A DNA stretch of 64,000 bases, from positions 1 through 64,000 of the forward strand of contig JAVYVS010000005.1 of the NCBI GenBank assembly GCA_038727515.1, in the 5' to 3' direction. The notes under the pieces were generated by a model that was not told the origin of the DNA, ran no database searches, and saw nothing but the letters and a program-made list of their open reading frames with translations. Position numbers and translations under genes: made by a program. Of the stretch, positions 62,086-64,000 are shown piece after piece. The stretch comes from Candidatus Methanomethylicia archaeon (lineage in GTDB: Archaea > Thermoproteota > Methanomethylicia > Culexarchaeales > Culexarchaeaceae). How positions within the stretch are numbered: the stretch's first letter is position 1; each line of letters begins with the position of its first letter.

Positions 62086-62595
62086 TTGTTTGTTACGGTG
62101 GGATATTTGAATTCCAATATTTTAATTCGTCCTTCATGGGATGAGTATTTCATGAAGATTGCACATATAGTAAAAGAGAGATCTACCTGTTTACGTAGAA
62201 AGGTTGGTGCTGTATTAGTTAAAGATAAACATATACTGTCCACTGGTTATAATGGTGCCCCAAAAGGTTTACCTCATTGTTCTGAAACTGGATGTTTAAG
62301 GGAGAAGTTAAATATACCTTCTGGTCAGAGGCATGAGCTTTGTAGAGGTGTTCATGCAGAGCAGAATGCAATAATACAAGCAGCTGTTTTTGGTGTTAGT
62401 ACTCGTGGTTCAACATTGTATGTAACTGATTTTCCATGTTCTATTTGTGCAAAAATTATTATTAATGCTGAAGTTAAAGAAATTGTCTATGATGCTCAAT
62501 ATGAAGATCCTGTATCTATGGATTTATTACATTCTGCAGAAATTGTTATAAGACGTGTTCAAATAAAGGATAAAAAGGAATTGTTTATTAACTAA
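62086..62595 (+). CDS. dCMP deaminase family protein
   Basis: [28 protein letters not shown]; true start probably slightly downstream. Confidence 0.93.
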   Translation: MFVTVGYLNSNILIRPSWDEYFMKIAHIVKERSTCLRRKVGAVLVKDKHILSTGYNGAPKGLPHCSETGCLREKLNIPSGQRHELCRGVHAEQNAIIQAAVFGVSTRGSTLYVTDFPCSICAKIIINAEVKEIVYDAQYEDPVSMDLLHSAEIVIRRVQIKDKKELFIN

Positions 62596-62628
62596 TTTTT
62601 GACATATTATATTTGAGGTGTATTTTAA

Positions 62629-62991
62629 TTGAAAACATATATCAAAATATATGGGCCTCCAATTATTGAAGCGTTAAAAGCCCTTGAACGAGTGGCTATT
62701 GAAATATCTAAAGAATTGCCAGAAGTATGTTTTTATGATACTCTTGGAGGTACTGCTTTACCGCAAAGTGATGTTACAGCTTTTATCTCTGAGAGACTTG
62801 GTATCTCAGTTGATGAAGCACGTATGCATTATGAAAAAATGATAAGTAAGAGTGGATGGACTTTAGGGGAGCATGACTTTTATTTTGAATGGACTGTTCC
62901 ACCAACCTTTGAGCAGTTAAAATTATTGATTTCAAAAATTGATGAAGCATTACAACCATTAGGATGTAAATATACTGTGACAACGAAATAA
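62629..62991 (+). CDS. Hypothetical protein
   Basis: 120-aa ORF with GAGGTG SD; KIYGPP...DFYFEW...KIDEALQPLGCKYTVTTK. Confidence 0.8.
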   Translation: MKTYIKIYGPPIIEALKALERVAIEISKELPEVCFYDTLGGTALPQSDVTAFISERLGISVDEARMHYEKMISKSGWTLGEHDFYFEWTVPPTFEQLKLLISKIDEALQPLGCKYTVTTK

Positions 62992-63027
62992 TCTTAATTC
63001 ACCTTTTTTATACATTTTTAAAGATCT

Positions 63028-63828
63028 TTAATCATATATTTTGTGTTTTCTTGTTAGTATACTTTCTGCCAATTCAAGCTCTTTTAATGTATTTATTGGT
63101 ATCCAATCATTTCTATCATTTGCATATAGTATTAGACTATAAAGCTTCCCTTTTTCTGCTAATTTTGGTAATATTGTTGACTCATATTCTATTGCTTCTG
63201 CACTATTTATATCTATTAATTCATCTACTAATTGATATACATTTGGTTCAATAACGCACATTCCTATATGAGTTAAGACATTTATAAATGGTTTTTCAAC
63301 AAATCTCTTTATTCTTCCAACTTCATCTATTTCCGCTATTCCATATGGATATGTTGTTGAAGTTATTAATGTTGATGTAGCCCAAATATCATAGTTTTCC
63401 ACTCCATGTATGTGTTGTGCTAAGAGGATTAATGGTAAAAATCTATTTAATTTTAAATCGTCTGGAAATGTTATTATAGCCCTTTTATCACGTTCTATTA
63501 CTCCACTTTTTAATGCATGTTTTAATGCCTTCCCCTTTCCAACTTTTTCCACATTTGGATCCATAGAATATTGTATTTCTACATTCCATTTTTCCCCATT
63601 ACCCGCATACTTCATTATTTCTTCTCCTAAATGTCCTATTAATAACTTGTATTTTTTAAATCCACAATTTCTAAATAATTCTATTTCTCTTTCAAGTAAT
63701 GTTTTTCCAGCAACTTTTATTAATGCTTTATTTACATCTGGTAATCCCATCCTTTTAGCTTTTCCACCTATTGGCATTATTACCTGTGTTGTAGCAGCTT
63801 CATTAATTAATTCTTCAATAGTCTTCAT
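63028..63828 (-). CDS. Sugar-phosphate nucleotidyltransferase (NTP_transferase family), divergent
   Basis: IGGKAKRM...NKAL, GHLGE, YG, FVEKP, W.PINT; GGGTG SD upstream. Confidence 0.85.
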   Translation of the reverse strand: MKTIEELINEAATTQVIMPIGGKAKRMGLPDVNKALIKVAGKTLLEREIELFRNCGFKKYKLLIGHLGEEIMKYAGNGEKWNVEIQYSMDPNVEKVGKGKALKHALKSGVIERDKRAIITFPDDLKLNRFLPLILLAQHIHGVENYDIWATSTLITSTTYPYGIAEIDEVGRIKRFVEKPFINVLTHIGMCVIEPNVYQLVDELIDINSAEAIEYESTILPKLAEKGKLYSLILYANDRNDWIPINTLKELELAESILTRKHKIYD

Positions 63829-64000
63829 ATAAACACCCTACTATAACTTTGCCTTTATTTTATTTTTAATGTTTTCACTTGACATTTATATTATACAGTT
63901 AATTGTTAGCCCTAGTAAAGTTTAAGAAAGACTTTATATATTTACTTTCTAGTTTTGATTGTTTGGAGGGTGTGCTGTACTTGGTTAAGTATAAAACTAC

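Noticed and set aside
658-63832. Many 60-140 aa antisense or overlapping ORFs in the track (e.g. 4620-5012, 28201-28542, 63410-63832)
   Set aside because: They are shadows of well-supported genes on the opposite strand or another frame, with no motifs.
63960-64000. Possible gene start at the right edge (GGAGG then GTG/TTG...GTTAAGTATAAAACT)
   Set aside because: Too little sequence to support a call.

Overview
Low-GC archaeal chromosomal window made up almost entirely of core housekeeping genes. The GC-rich tRNA stems suggest a thermophile. PolD small subunit alongside a short crenarchaeal-type XPF, UPF0147, DUF2095 and a non-catalytic proteasome beta subunit suggests a deep-branching TACK/Thermoproteota lineage (inference). 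It contains the 5' part of a thermosome gene and 7 tRNA genes, 3 with introns and one of those at a non-canonical position. Protein genes include the DP1-thiL-radical SAM cluster, proteasome genes (psmB, pan, psmA), the S13-S4-S11-RpoD...S2 cluster, a mevalonate/isoprenoid cluster, the L7Ae-aIF5B-aIF2gamma-RpoE-KEOPS superoperon, the L15e-RNase P-exosome-prefoldin superoperon, an ECF module and a 2-oxoacid:ferredoxin oxidoreductase. I found no mobile element, CRISPR array, rRNA or defence island, and no clearly novel multi-gene system. The best leads are small RNA-level signals: a C/D-box or double-K-turn RNA between rnp2 and psmA, a K-turn hairpin over the rpl7ae start codon, and structured or non-canonical tRNA introns. 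A few uncharacterised proteins also merit follow-up (CX7CX2C radical SAM, DUF2118, two hypotheticals). All product calls come from motif recognition and gene order; no database searches were run.
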